Below the pieces are notes generated by a model that worked only from the letters and a program-made list of their open reading frames with translations, had not been told where the DNA came from and made no database searches. Positions 20,230 to 30,261 of a DNA stretch of 58,588 bases are shown here, piece after piece. A program made the translations under genes and the position numbers. Each line of letters opens with the position of its first letter. Position 1 is the stretch's first letter. The stretch comes from Akkermansia muciniphila (GTDB taxonomy: Bacteria > Verrucomicrobiota > Verrucomicrobiia > Methylacidiphilales > CAMAQI01): positions 1 through 58,588 of the forward strand of contig CAMCYL010000006.1 of assembly GCA_945883905.1 (NCBI GenBank), in the 5' to 3' direction.

Positions 20230-21068
20230 TTTGTATAGCTCCGAAAAAGTTTCTCCAACGATCCGGAGGAGGGAGTCATCTCCACAGAGGTCGCCCCAAA
20301 ATCGGTCAATGCAGCCTTCACCCCTGCAAGTTGCTCCGAACTCAATCCCGTCACTTGTATCGTGGCACTCTTCTGTTCTTTTAATAAAGTCTCGATCGCT
20401 CCCTCAACGAGTTTTTTTCCCTGATACAAAATCGCTACTCGGTCCGCCAAGGTCTCCACTTGCTCTAACAAATGAGAGGTAAAAAGAATGGTTTTTCCGA
20501 GAGAACGTATTTTTGTCATCGCCTCCCTCATCCCATCCACTCCTTGAGGATCAAGCCCGGTCATCGGTTCATCGAACAAAAGAAGCTGGGGATCATGAAT
20601 TAAGGCCTGACCAAGACTCACTCGCTGAATCATTCCCTTCGAATACGTATGAAGTGCTTTCTCCGCAAATGAACTCATTTGGGTCAGCTCCAAAATGATC
20701 TCAATGCGATCACGAAGCTGATGAGGAGAGAGACCGGAAAGCCCTCCGTAGGTCTCCAAAATCTCGCGACCGGTGAGATATTTCGGAAAATACGGATTTT
20801 CCGGAAGATATCCTAAATAGGATCGCGCCCCTCTCGTTCCCGCACGCTCTCCATGGATAAAAATAGATCCTTGCTTCGGCTTTAAAAATCCGAGGATTAA
20901 TTTAAATAGCGTTGTTTTTCCTGAACCGTTCGGACCCAATAATGCAAAAATCTCTCCCGCCTTTAACTCAAGATTGAAACAATCAAGCGCGACCACTGAC
21001 TTGCGATTCCAAGACAAGGAATATCGGGCTTGAAGATTTTGAATTTCCAACGGAGGAGAGAGGTTCAT
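20226..21068 (-). CDS. ABC transporter ATP-binding protein (PilH-like)
   Basis: Walker A GPNGSGKTT, signature YSKGM, Walker B LLLFDEP, H-loop TSH. Confidence 0.93.
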   Translation of the reverse strand: MNLSPPLEIQNLQARYSLSWNRKSVVALDCFNLELKAGEIFALLGPNGSGKTTLFKLILGFLKPKQGSIFIHGERAGTRGARSYLGYLPENPYFPKYLTGREILETYGGLSGLSPHQLRDRIEIILELTQMSSFAEKALHTYSKGMIQRVSLGQALIHDPQLLLFDEPMTGLDPQGVDGMREAMTKIRSLGKTILFTSHLLEQVETLADRVAILYQGKKLVEGAIETLLKEQKSATIQVTGLSSEQLAGVKAALTDFGATSVEMTPSSGSLEKLFRSYTK

Positions 21069-21156
21069 GAAATCGCTCTTAGTTTAACGGGGCCTCCCCT
21101 TTAAGTGCGAGATAAATTTCTCTCACTTTTTAAAACTGAATGGTTCGCTTTTACTT

Positions 21157-21780
21157 TTATCTCCGACTCAGCCTCACCGGCTCAAAGCTCATACGATGAA
21201 TCGGCGTTGGACCCCACTTCTGAAGCGCGGCTAAATGAAAGGCGGTCCCATAGCCCTTATGCTTTTCCAATCCATAACCAGGATACTGCTCTGCTAACAA
21301 TTCCATAGTCTCATCACGATGCTGCTTCGCAATAATAGAGGCGGCCGCAATCGAAGGAGAAATGGCATCCCCCCCCACAATCGTTTGAATCGGTACTCCT
21401 AACTTCGGATCTTGATTGCCATCCACAAGCGCAAAATCCGGCTTTTGCAAAAGCCCCTCAACCGCCCGCCGCATCGCCATAAAGGTCGCCTGAAGAATAT
21501 TATGAAGGTCAATCTCCTCCACCGTTGCCTCCCCTAAAGCCCAAATCACCTCTGGATCCTCCCGAAGTTCAGTCGCTCTCTTTTTTCGCTTCGCCGCGGT
21601 GAGTTTCTTGGAATCATTCAACCCCTCTAAATGATATCCCCTCGGCAAAATCACCGCCGCCGCTACCACCGACCCCGCTAAAGGACCTCGTCCCACTTCA
21701 TCCACCCCCGCAATTCGTATCAAACCTCGTACATAGAGCTCACTCTCATACTTCCATGATATCTCTGTCTTTAAATTCAT
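21157..21780 (-). CDS. rnhB: Ribonuclease HII
   Basis: GVDEVGRGPLAG, LNDSKKL, DGN, SIAAASIIAK, HKGYGT, HRMSF. Confidence 0.96.
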   Translation of the reverse strand: MNLKTEISWKYESELYVRGLIRIAGVDEVGRGPLAGSVVAAAVILPRGYHLEGLNDSKKLTAAKRKKRATELREDPEVIWALGEATVEEIDLHNILQATFMAMRRAVEGLLQKPDFALVDGNQDPKLGVPIQTIVGGDAISPSIAAASIIAKQHRDETMELLAEQYPGYGLEKHKGYGTAFHLAALQKWGPTPIHRMSFEPVRLSRR

Positions 21781-21844
21781 CCTGATGACGATAAAAAGCT
21801 TTATTCCTTTCGAAAAGCGATAATTTTAAAATTGACTTAATTTT

Positions 21845-21868
21845 ATATTTCGATATTTATCGAAATAT
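21845..21868. promoter_or_regulatory. ArsR/SmtB-type operator palindrome overlapping the arsR start codon
   Basis: ATATTTCGATA-TT-TATCGAAATAT, perfect 11-2-11 inverted repeat; TTGACT at 21832-21837 is a possible -35. Confidence 0.75.
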
Positions 21869-22181
21869 GAAACTAAAAAAGATTGCGGATATCTTTAAAG
21901 CACTCTCCCACCCCCATCGCCTTGCTCTCTTCTTAAAGCTCTCCAAATGTTGTGAAAAAAATAATTGCGATGAAGCCACCTGCTCTCGTATTTGTGTGGG
22001 TGAATTGGGCAAAGGCCTAGGAATCTCTCCCTCCACTCTATCGCATCATCTCAAAGAACTTACTCGTGCCGGCCTGATCTCCACTCGTAAATCCGGCCAA
22101 AATATCGAATGCTGGGTCGCCGAAACCACCTTAAACGATCTTTCGCTATTCTTTATTCAAGCCAAACAACTAAAACCGTGA
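21867..22181 (+). CDS. arsR: ArsR/SmtB-family metalloregulator
   Basis: [32 protein letters not shown]; Cys-rich insertion [12 protein letters not shown]. Confidence 0.88.
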   Translation: MKLKKIADIFKALSHPHRLALFLKLSKCCEKNNCDEATCSRICVGELGKGLGISPSTLSHHLKELTRAGLISTRKSGQNIECWVAETTLNDLSLFFIQAKQLKP

Positions 22182-22197
22182 CTCAACGATTCCTCTC

Positions 22198-22638
22198 ATG
22201 TCCATAAAACCTTCCGTTCTTATTCTCTGTACCGGTAACTCCTGTCGGAGTCATCTTGCCGAAGGCATCCTACGAGAACTCGCCGGAGATCTCTTCGAAG
22301 TCTTCAGCGCAGGATCTGCCCCCGCGGGTTACGTTCACCCCAAAGCCATTCAAGTCATGCAAGAAATCGGCATTAATATTTCTCAGCATCGATCAAAATC
22401 AATGAATGAATTTCTAGATCAGAAGATCAATACGGTCATCACCGTCTGCGGAAATGCAGATCAGGCTTGCCCCCGCTTTCCGGGTCAACTTAATCGTTAC
22501 CATTGGGGATTTCTCGATCCTGCCCATGCACAAGGAACGGAAGAGGAAGTGATCACTACTTTTCGTAAAGTCAGAGATGAAATTAAACTGGTATTGAATG
22601 CCTATGTCGCCGGCTACAAAGAGGGAAAAATAAAATGA
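22198..22638 (+). CDS. arsC: Arsenate reductase, thioredoxin-coupled LMW-PTPase family
   Basis: P-loop [26 protein letters not shown]. Confidence 0.9.
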   Translation: MSIKPSVLILCTGNSCRSHLAEGILRELAGDLFEVFSAGSAPAGYVHPKAIQVMQEIGINISQHRSKSMNEFLDQKINTVITVCGNADQACPRFPGQLNRYHWGFLDPAHAQGTEEEVITTFRKVRDEIKLVLNAYVAGYKEGKIK

Positions 22639-23099
22639 ATCTCAATGAACTTAAGTTAATTTTAACTCAACATTCAGGAAAAAAGATCCTCTTTCGTCTT
22701 CCCGATCAAACAACAATCCCCCAGCACTTTCATATCACTGAAGTGGGACATGTTGTAAAAAACTTTATCGATTGTGGAGGGGAACTTCGACAGACCTCCA
22801 CGTGTCTCTTACAAGCTTGGACAGCGAACGATACCGATCACTCCCTGAGCGCCGGAAAGCTCCGCTCGATTCTCTCTCTATCCGATCGAATTTTTCCCGC
22901 AGAACCCCTTTCCGTCGAAATCGAATTTGAGACTCCCTACATCTCTCAATTCCCTGTAATTTCCTATACGATTGAATCGGATACTCTCTTTTTTCAATTA
23001 GGAGTAAAACATACCGATTGCCTCGCTAAGGAAAAATGCGGAATCGAACCAGCTTCAACTCCCTCACCCTGTTGTTCACCTCAATCCGGATGTTGTTAA
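22635..23099 (+). CDS. DUF6428-like protein of ars operons
   Basis: [25 protein letters not shown]-terminal CC...CC; ATGA overlap with arsC. Confidence 0.75.
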   Translation: MNLNELKLILTQHSGKKILFRLPDQTTIPQHFHITEVGHVVKNFIDCGGELRQTSTCLLQAWTANDTDHSLSAGKLRSILSLSDRIFPAEPLSVEIEFETPYISQFPVISYTIESDTLFFQLGVKHTDCLAKEKCGIEPASTPSPCCSPQSGCC

Positions 23100-23317
23100 G
23101 CTTAAACACAGATTCTGCCTTCGGAATTTAAAAAATGGAGCGCCGGCGGCCCGACGTCATGGGCGAAGGGGGATGTTTTTTGATCTTTCCTTCCTCCTCC
23201 TTCAAATCCACCCCTGATCCATTGCGTGACTCCGCAACCTTGGCGGTTAAAACTCCCATTCCTATTCCTGCTCCCGTGCCTTCCTTAGAGAATTCCTATT
23301 GCAAAATTTGGGTTCAA

Positions 23318-24319
23318 CTATCTTTTTCCTAAATCCTCTAAGAAAAATCGGATCGATTTCTTGACTTCCTGAATCATCACATTCACTGAAAACATTCGCT
23401 CGACCCCTTTGCGTAATTGCTTCATCGAAATCGAAGTATAATCACCACGCCAAACCAAAGTCGCCGCCGTTTTTCCCACCTCTAATGGATGAAGTTCATA
23501 ACAAGTAAATGCAACATAGTACCCACTCGTCACATACCACTGTAAATCAACGACCTGCACCCCTCCATTCGATAGCTTATTTTTATAAATCGTCCCCAAC
23601 ACTAAAACCGCCGTTCCATCGACATTTTGCATCTGCCAATAGTGCTCTCCCTCATTCGGCCTCTCCTTTAGTTTTTGAAATAATTCTTGAAACTGCTTCG
23701 AAACCCCCGGTTGCTCTGCTAAAATCGCATCGACCTCCGCCCCCACTTGTACTGATATCTTACAGGCATTATAAGCCGGTAACCCTTTGAGTCCCCCGGT
23801 TTGATAAGCGAGAAATCGACGATTTAAAATTGAGCTCCACAACTGATTCGCCGTCGTCACACTCAAAGTCCCTTGTTTCGCCGCCACTTGGGTCGCCTCT
23901 GCAATCGAAAGATGGAGCGGGCTTTCCTGCGGTCTCGTATCCCCTGTTTTATCAATGAATTTTGAAACCGGTCGTAGGGAGGGAATAAAACTCAATTTCG
24001 AAAAATCGGGGCTCCCCTCCGCTACTATTTTTCCTTGAATATAAATCCCTAAATCAGAATACGGCGTTTGATCCCAAAAAGTAACTCGATCCAACACTTT
24101 CTCTAAAGGATGCGCCACCAAAAAACAGGTCTCTGAAGAGATCCCTCGTTCAAAATCCATCAACCCTCCCTTAGCAGTCAAGATCTCCCCCGGTTTTACT
24201 GCCTTAATCTGAGTAAGTTCAAAGGAAGAAAAAGATTCAATCTCCTCGGTGGCTCCTCCAAAAATGAAGATTCCAAAGGATAAAAAACAGATCCAAACGA
24301 AAACGAATAACTTCACCAC
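23318..24319 (-). CDS. Hypothetical exported protein
   Basis: 333-aa ORF with N-terminal signal-like hydrophobic stretch; fills the gap between flanking genes. Confidence 0.6.
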   Translation of the reverse strand: MVKLFVFVWICFLSFGIFIFGGATEEIESFSSFELTQIKAVKPGEILTAKGGLMDFERGISSETCFLVAHPLEKVLDRVTFWDQTPYSDLGIYIQGKIVAEGSPDFSKLSFIPSLRPVSKFIDKTGDTRPQESPLHLSIAEATQVAAKQGTLSVTTANQLWSSILNRRFLAYQTGGLKGLPAYNACKISVQVGAEVDAILAEQPGVSKQFQELFQKLKERPNEGEHYWQMQNVDGTAVLVLGTIYKNKLSNGGVQVVDLQWYVTSGYYVAFTCYELHPLEVGKTAATLVWRGDYTSISMKQLRKGVERMFSVNVMIQEVKKSIRFFLEDLGKR

Positions 24320-24413
24320 CCTAGATTGCCTTCCCCTTCCTTAAAATCGAGCATAAAATGAGCCGTGCCTATTTTTGCTTTCCCTCCTTTGGAATCAAGT
24401 TTACCTTCCCTGC

Positions 24414-25304
24414 GTGCACAAATCTGCTCTTCCTTTTTTAATCCTCTCGCTGGCGACCTTATTCCTTCCACTCTCCGCTCAGAGAACTCCTCTTAAATCC
24501 AATCCCACCTCGGAGCAACAAACCCCCGCCACCCCTTCAATCACGGCTCCCCCCCAAGAGAACCGATCCTCTCCCTCCTCATCCGCCGCCGAACCGAAAA
24601 AAAACCAAAAAAAAGCGGAAAACGAGCCCCCAACCGAACCCCCTAAACGAGTCAATGTCCGTTGGTACGGCCACTCCTTTATTCATTTAACCACCACCAC
24701 CGGCGTTCGAATCTCCATCGACCCCTACGGAGAAAGTACGATCACCTATCCCTTCCCCCCAAAGCTATCGGCAGATGTCGTTCTTATTTCCAATGAAAGT
24801 GATGCCTACTCCGCCGCCGAACGTATTTTTGGAAGTCCTTTAGTCTTCAGAAGTATTACCTCCATCGGACTCAATCGAGCCTCCGGCTTCACTTTCAAGG
24901 GGGTTCAATCTTTTAAAGATCGCGACAAAAATCAACGAAGTGGAATGAACACGATTTACACTTTTACACTCGATGAGATCCGCTTCGCCCACTTAGGCTG
25001 CCTCGGCCATCCCTTAGATTCTCGACTCCGTGAACAGATCGGTTTCGTCGATGTCCTTTTTGTCCCCGTCGGCCTCAAATCCCTCGCGGTCGAGGAATGG
25101 CGACGTATCGCCAAAGAGCTGCAAGCCCGTATTATCGTCCCCATTACCTATAAATCAAATTTCAATGCGAACCTTGATCTCCGTTCGGTCGAGGACTTTA
25201 TCCAAGGCGAAACCTTAGTGATTCCATTGAAAGTCGACCAATTTGAAATCAGCCGCGAAGAGCTTCCCTCTCAACCGGCTATCTATATCCCTCAATACCC
25301 ATGA
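24414..25304 (+). CDS. Exported MBL-fold metallo-hydrolase-like protein with degenerate metal motifs
   Basis: VRWYGHS, IDPY, FAHLGCLGH, VDVLFVPVG; signal peptide and Pro/Ser linker; GTG 24414 preceded by TACCTT-N6. Confidence 0.7.
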   Translation: MHKSALPFLILSLATLFLPLSAQRTPLKSNPTSEQQTPATPSITAPPQENRSSPSSSAAEPKKNQKKAENEPPTEPPKRVNVRWYGHSFIHLTTTTGVRISIDPYGESTITYPFPPKLSADVVLISNESDAYSAAERIFGSPLVFRSITSIGLNRASGFTFKGVQSFKDRDKNQRSGMNTIYTFTLDEIRFAHLGCLGHPLDSRLREQIGFVDVLFVPVGLKSLAVEEWRRIAKELQARIIVPITYKSNFNANLDLRSVEDFIQGETLVIPLKVDQFEISREELPSQPAIYIPQYP

Positions 25305-26566
25305 AAATATTGATCATCGGCAGTGGCGCTCGTGAACATGCAATCGCATGGAAAGTCAAACAAGACCCGCGTGTCTCTCAAATCTATCTCGCCCCCGGAA
25401 ATGCAGGGACCTCCTCGATTGCTCAAAATATCCCCATCCCCGTGACTGATCTCGAATCGCTTCTCGCTTGGGCAAAAAAAGAGCGCCCCGATTTCACTAT
25501 CGTCGGACCCGAGATCCCACTTTGCCTCGGAATCGTCGATCTCTTCGAAAAAGAAAATCTCCCCATTTTTGGTCCCAACCAACAAGCCGCTCAACTCGAG
25601 GGAAGTAAAATTTTCACCAAAAATATTTTAGTCAAATACGGAATCCCGACCGCGCTCTCCGGAAGTTTTACCGAGCTCGACAAAGCCGAGATCTTCTCCC
25701 AAAAGCTCGGATTCCCCCAAGTCATTAAAGCGGATGGACTCGCTGCTGGAAAAGGGGTTCTCATCGTTCAAAACTTTAAACAAGCTCAAGAGGGACTCCG
25801 TCAAATCCTCGTTGATCGACATTTCGGAGCCGCTGGAAACTCCGTCCTGATTGAGGAGTTCCTCGATGGTCAAGAGGCCTCAATTCATGCCATTACGGAT
25901 GGAAACTCTTACCGTATTCTCCCCTCTGCTCAAGATCACAAACGAGTGGGCGATGGTGACACAGGCCTCAATACCGGGGGAATGGGGGCCTACTCTCCCG
26001 CTCCCTGCGTCACTCCAGAGCTCTTAGAAATCGTTCGCAAAACGGTCTTTGACCCTCTCCTTATCGCCTTTAAAAAAGAAAATATCGACTACCGAGGAGT
26101 CCTCTATGCGGGTCTGATGCTCACCTCCAAAGGACCCAAGGTCTTAGAATTTAACGCCCGTCTGGGGGATCCTGAAACACAAGTTCTTCTCCCCCTCTTA
26201 GAGACCTCCCTCATCGATGTCGTTGAGGCCGTTTGGAAACGAACGCTTGATCAAATCAATTTCAAGGTCTCTCCCCTTCACGCCATGACAATCGTCATGG
26301 CCGCCCCCGGTTATCCCGAAAATCCGATCACCGGCACTGAAATCAGCGGACTCGAAGTCAAAGGAAAATCGAATACGGCTATTTTTCATGCCGGAACCAA
26401 ATCAATCGCGGAGAAAATAACAACGGCGGGCGGGCGCGTCCTCACCATCACCGCTTGGGCCGAAAGCCTTCAACTCGCCCGCGATCTCGCCTATGAACGA
26501 CTCTCCCTCGTTTCTTTTGAAGGGGCCCACTTTAGACGTGATATTGGTCATCGCGCCTTATTCTAA
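25301..26566 (+). CDS. purD: Phosphoribosylamine--glycine ligase
   Basis: GSGAREHA, KADGLAAGKGV, QDHKRVGDGDTGLNTGGMGAYSP, EFNARLGDPE. Confidence 0.97.
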   Translation: MKILIIGSGAREHAIAWKVKQDPRVSQIYLAPGNAGTSSIAQNIPIPVTDLESLLAWAKKERPDFTIVGPEIPLCLGIVDLFEKENLPIFGPNQQAAQLEGSKIFTKNILVKYGIPTALSGSFTELDKAEIFSQKLGFPQVIKADGLAAGKGVLIVQNFKQAQEGLRQILVDRHFGAAGNSVLIEEFLDGQEASIHAITDGNSYRILPSAQDHKRVGDGDTGLNTGGMGAYSPAPCVTPELLEIVRKTVFDPLLIAFKKENIDYRGVLYAGLMLTSKGPKVLEFNARLGDPETQVLLPLLETSLIDVVEAVWKRTLDQINFKVSPLHAMTIVMAAPGYPENPITGTEISGLEVKGKSNTAIFHAGTKSIAEKITTAGGRVLTITAWAESLQLARDLAYERLSLVSFEGAHFRRDIGHRALF

Positions 26567-26628
26567 CGCTAAATCACTCCTCCTTTATAAAGGATTGTCG
26601 GCAAAAAAAATCCTGTTACTTTCCCGAC

Positions 26629-27081
26629 ATGAGTCTCACTGCCCAAATTGATGCCGACCTAAAAAAAGCGATGATCGCCAAAGAAGCGGATAAGCTTTCT
26701 GTCCTTCGAATGCTTAAATCCGCCGTGAAATACGCTGCCGTCGATAAAATCGGTGCCGATGGAGTTCTCCCTGACAGCGATGTCATCGCAGTGATCCGTA
26801 AAGAGCTCAAAAAACGCCAAGATTCTATCGAAAGCTTCACCACTGCGAACCGAACGGATCTTGCAGATAAAGAGAAACTCGAAGCTAAATTTTTAGAGGT
26901 CTATCTTCCTGCCGCCCTTTCTGCGGAACAAGTAGAGGCCTTCGTCAAGGAGGCAATCGCTGAAGTCGGTGCCACCGGTAAAGCCCAAATGGGTCTCGTG
27001 ATGAAAGCGGTTCAAGCCAAAGTCGCAGGACAAGCCGATGGGAAAACGATCAGTCAGATCGTTCAAAAACTTTTACCCTAA
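26629..27081 (+). CDS. yqeY: GatB/YqeY domain protein
   Basis: DLKKAMIAKE, KKRQDSIESF, YLPAALS, MGLVMK. Confidence 0.9.
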   Translation: MSLTAQIDADLKKAMIAKEADKLSVLRMLKSAVKYAAVDKIGADGVLPDSDVIAVIRKELKKRQDSIESFTTANRTDLADKEKLEAKFLEVYLPAALSAEQVEAFVKEAIAEVGATGKAQMGLVMKAVQAKVAGQADGKTISQIVQKLLP

Positions 27082-27157
27082 TAGTCACCGAATTTTTGAC
27101 CTATTCCAAAATGATTTTGATTTGAGTTTTGTTGCTTGAATTGTCTTATTGATCTGA

Positions 27158-28132
27158 TCAGTTAACAAGAACTCCTTGGCAAGAGGAGCCGCATCCCGCA
27201 GTACAACCAAAGCAGTGCTCACTGAATGTAATCGGATGCGTCTCAATTTCAGAGGGATCGATCTCCCAAAGTAAGCGAGGCTTTTCAGACCCCCATTGCA
27301 GTCCAAGTTGCTGATTAAAATCGCAGTCATAAACCTCCCCTTGCCAGCCGATGTTAACCGTATTGCGACACATCAGTCCTGGAATAGAGGCAGGATTAAA
27401 GGCCTCTCGGAGTAAGGTCATATACTCCTCCAAATGACCGTTATTTTTAAGCCACGATTGATAGCGAGAGATCGGCATGTTCGTGATGGCAAAGAGCTGA
27501 TGAAAAACAATATCAAAATGATTTTTAAGTTCTCGTTTATAGTCGAGTTCAAGCTCTTTTTGATCCGGAGGAAGAAAGGGACCACCGGGATTATAAACGA
27601 GATGAAGCGAAAGCGATTCCTCTTTTCCAAATCCTAGCTGATTTAATTTTTGCAACCCCAGAATACTAGAATCAAAAACCCCCTCCCCGCGCTGCGCATT
27701 GACGTTGGCCGCTGAATAACAGGGCATGGAAGCGACAATCTCAAGACGATGCTCTAAAAGAAAAGGCGCAAGCCATTCGTAACCGGGTTCATTTAAAATC
27801 GTCAAATTACAGCGATCGATAATTTTTTTCACCTTTGGCAAAGATCGAAGTTCTCTAATTAAATATTGAAAATCAGGGACCATTTCGGGAGCCCCCCCCG
27901 TTAGATCAACGGTTGCAATCTCGGTTTGACGAAGCCAATCGAGAATCCGATCGATCGTTTCACGAACAATAATCTCCTTGCGCTTCGGTCCTGCATTGAC
28001 ATGACAATGAGAGCAGGTGAGATTACAAAGCTTTCCAACATTAATCTGAAGGATTTCAGTTTTTGTTCGAGGAATCGAAATGAACTGTTCGTTCAGGAGT
28101 TTCTCAAAACTTGAAAGAGTAGAATTTTTCAT
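27158..28132 (-). CDS. arsS: Arsenosugar biosynthesis radical SAM protein (radical SAM + DUF3641)
   Basis: LQINVGKLCNLTCSHCHVNAGP (CX3CX2C), DLTGGAPEM, MCR, YDCDFNQ, HCFGCTAGCGSSC. Confidence 0.92.
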   Translation of the reverse strand: MKNSTLSSFEKLLNEQFISIPRTKTEILQINVGKLCNLTCSHCHVNAGPKRKEIIVRETIDRILDWLRQTEIATVDLTGGAPEMVPDFQYLIRELRSLPKVKKIIDRCNLTILNEPGYEWLAPFLLEHRLEIVASMPCYSAANVNAQRGEGVFDSSILGLQKLNQLGFGKEESLSLHLVYNPGGPFLPPDQKELELDYKRELKNHFDIVFHQLFAITNMPISRYQSWLKNNGHLEEYMTLLREAFNPASIPGLMCRNTVNIGWQGEVYDCDFNQQLGLQWGSEKPRLLWEIDPSEIETHPITFSEHCFGCTAGCGSSCQGVLVN

Positions 28133-28212
28133 AAGAAAATTTTAGGAATAAGATACGAGTCGATGGAGGTTAAAAAATAGAGGATCATTTCTTAAATCTT
28201 TCATTTTAATAT

Positions 28213-28965
28213 TTAAGAAATGCTTTTTTTCGAGCGAAAGAGAAGGCCCGCAATGGTACTTAAAATAATTACCCCCGCCGTCAGACTTCCTTTGAGATTT
28301 CCAGAGATTTTCGAAACTCCCGCAAGACGCGGAAAAGTACGAACAGGAATTTCAATGATTCGCAGTTTTTCTTGAACTGCTCGAACTTGCATTTCAACCG
28401 TCCACCCAAAACCACGATCTTTCATGCCTATTTTTTGATAGGCAGAAACTCGAATCGCCCGTTGAGGTCCTAAGTCAGAAAAGGAGTTTCCCCAAATGAG
28501 TGTCATTAAAAAAGGAGCAAGCCAATTTCCAAACCGTTGAGGGATCGTCATATGAAGCCGATCCTCAGCGTGAGTACGAGCCCCCAGAATAAGATCGTAA
28601 TCAGAGGCGAGTTGGGCAAAGCGCTCATAGGCCTCAAAATCGTCACTGGCATCGGCGTTGCAATAAAGAAGCCATTCAACTCCCTGCGGAAGGTTCAATC
28701 CCCCAAGCCAACAAGCAAGCCCGTAGCCTCGTTGAGGATCCGAAATAACCTCCGCGCCTGCTGCTCGAGCAATTCGGGCAGTGGCATCAGTACTGCCATT
28801 GTCGATGACTCGAAGATAGGAAAACCCACGATCTTGTAGTCGTCTCACGATCGACTCAATGCAAGCCTCCTCGTTATAGGCCGGAATGATCACGACCGTT
28901 CGATCGGCAAACGAGCTAAAACTCGAGGGATCGAGCTCCCGATTTGGATGAGAGGGGAGAATCAT
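28213..28965 (-). CDS. GT2 glycosyltransferase (DPM1/polyprenyl-phosphate type)
   Basis: IIPAYNEE, IDNGSTD, RGYGLAC, DLGPQRAI, FGWTVEMQ, SKISG; DxD reads NAD. Confidence 0.88.
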   Translation of the reverse strand: MILPSHPNRELDPSSFSSFADRTVVIIPAYNEEACIESIVRRLQDRGFSYLRVIDNGSTDATARIARAAGAEVISDPQRGYGLACWLGGLNLPQGVEWLLYCNADASDDFEAYERFAQLASDYDLILGARTHAEDRLHMTIPQRFGNWLAPFLMTLIWGNSFSDLGPQRAIRVSAYQKIGMKDRGFGWTVEMQVRAVQEKLRIIEIPVRTFPRLAGVSKISGNLKGSLTAGVIILSTIAGLLFRSKKSIS

Positions 28966-28969
28966 CTTT

Positions 28970-30115
28970 CTAACAGCAGCTGGTCGTACTACAGCACTCT
29001 GAAGGAGCAGTCGTCGCTTGATAGTTCATCCCTTTCGTTTCTTTCGGATGACGAAGGGAAGTTCTACTACAATCAAACGGGAGGGCCTGCTCCAGAGAAA
29101 TCGGCTCCATCGGTTCGATAAACTCAAAATAGGAGATATAAGGGGACTTACGATAAAGTTGAAAGGTTTTATCGCAAACAGCATAGCGAACGCCTCGCTC
29201 CATCCGATGTCCGTCATCATCTAAGACCTCTTTAAAGGGCCCTCGATAGATAACGGCTTGATTTCGTTCAAAACAGGGACCGATTTTTCCCTTAAAGGCT
29301 TGAATCGTCATCGATCGAAATTCGATTCCAGCAACGGTTTGCCAAGGCTTTTGATCCATTTTAAGGATCTCAATTCCATGAAAACCGGCATCGGCAAAAG
29401 CTTTCAGAAATCCCTCTTCGGTAAGAGCTCCTGAAATACATCCACTCCAAAGCTCAGGATCATTTTGAAGCTCGTCAGGGACAGACTCATCGGCAACGAT
29501 ATCGGAAATCACGGCTCGACCCCCGATTTTAAGGGTTCTGAAAATCTCTTGAAAGAGTTGTGGTTTGGCGTGGGAATCAACGAGATTGAGAACACAGTTA
29601 GAGACGACGACATCGATCGAGTTTGAGGCAACAAGGGGGGATTTGACCCTAAGCTCCTCCGCTAATTCATCGGCTGCAAGAAAAGAGGCGACATTGGAGA
29701 TCGGGCGTTTCTTAAGTTCTTCATCGAGAATTTCGAGATCGAGAGCGAGATCCTGAATTCGTCCTTTACGAAACTCGACATTTGCATATCCGATCGATTT
29801 TGCCACAATCGGAGCATTGCGACGGGCGACCTCCAGCATATCATCGGTCATATCAACCCCAATAACTTTACCTGTTGGCCCGACCACTTGGGAGGCAATA
29901 AAACAGATTTTGCCTGTCCCCGAGCCAAGATCCAGAACCGTTTCCCCCTTTTTAACATATTGAGAGGGATCGCCACAGCCGTAGTCCCTTTCAATGACCT
30001 CCGTAGGTATTATTTTTAAATACTCTTTATTATACTCTACGGGACAGCAAAGTTGAGCTTCTTGAGCTTTAGAGGCAGCGGCATATCTGTTTTTAACAGC
30101 AGTTTCGTTTTTCAT
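28970..30115 (-). CDS. arsM: Arsenite S-adenosylmethionine methyltransferase-like protein
   Basis: LCCP, YGCG, VLDLGSGTG, GVDMTDDML, SNCVLNL, WSGCISGA; Cys-rich tail CCSTTSCC. Confidence 0.85.
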   Translation of the reverse strand: MKNETAVKNRYAAASKAQEAQLCCPVEYNKEYLKIIPTEVIERDYGCGDPSQYVKKGETVLDLGSGTGKICFIASQVVGPTGKVIGVDMTDDMLEVARRNAPIVAKSIGYANVEFRKGRIQDLALDLEILDEELKKRPISNVASFLAADELAEELRVKSPLVASNSIDVVVSNCVLNLVDSHAKPQLFQEIFRTLKIGGRAVISDIVADESVPDELQNDPELWSGCISGALTEEGFLKAFADAGFHGIEILKMDQKPWQTVAGIEFRSMTIQAFKGKIGPCFERNQAVIYRGPFKEVLDDDGHRMERGVRYAVCDKTFQLYRKSPYISYFEFIEPMEPISLEQALPFDCSRTSLRHPKETKGMNYQATTAPSECCSTTSCC

Positions 30116-30261
30116 AAATTTAGTATAAGAGAAGCAAAGCTCACGTTTATTCCCAAGAAAAGTCTATTTTATAATTATTACGATTTAGTGAAGAAGTGAA
30201 AAAAATCGCAATTCAATTTTAATGGGAATAAATAAAAGGATCAAGACTCTTAGTTAAAACC

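Noticed and set aside
27158-27200. Selenocysteine read-through in ArsS (some family members are selenoproteins)
   Set aside because: The C-terminal motif is fully Cys-encoded (CFGCTAGCGSSC) and the TGA falls after the conserved end
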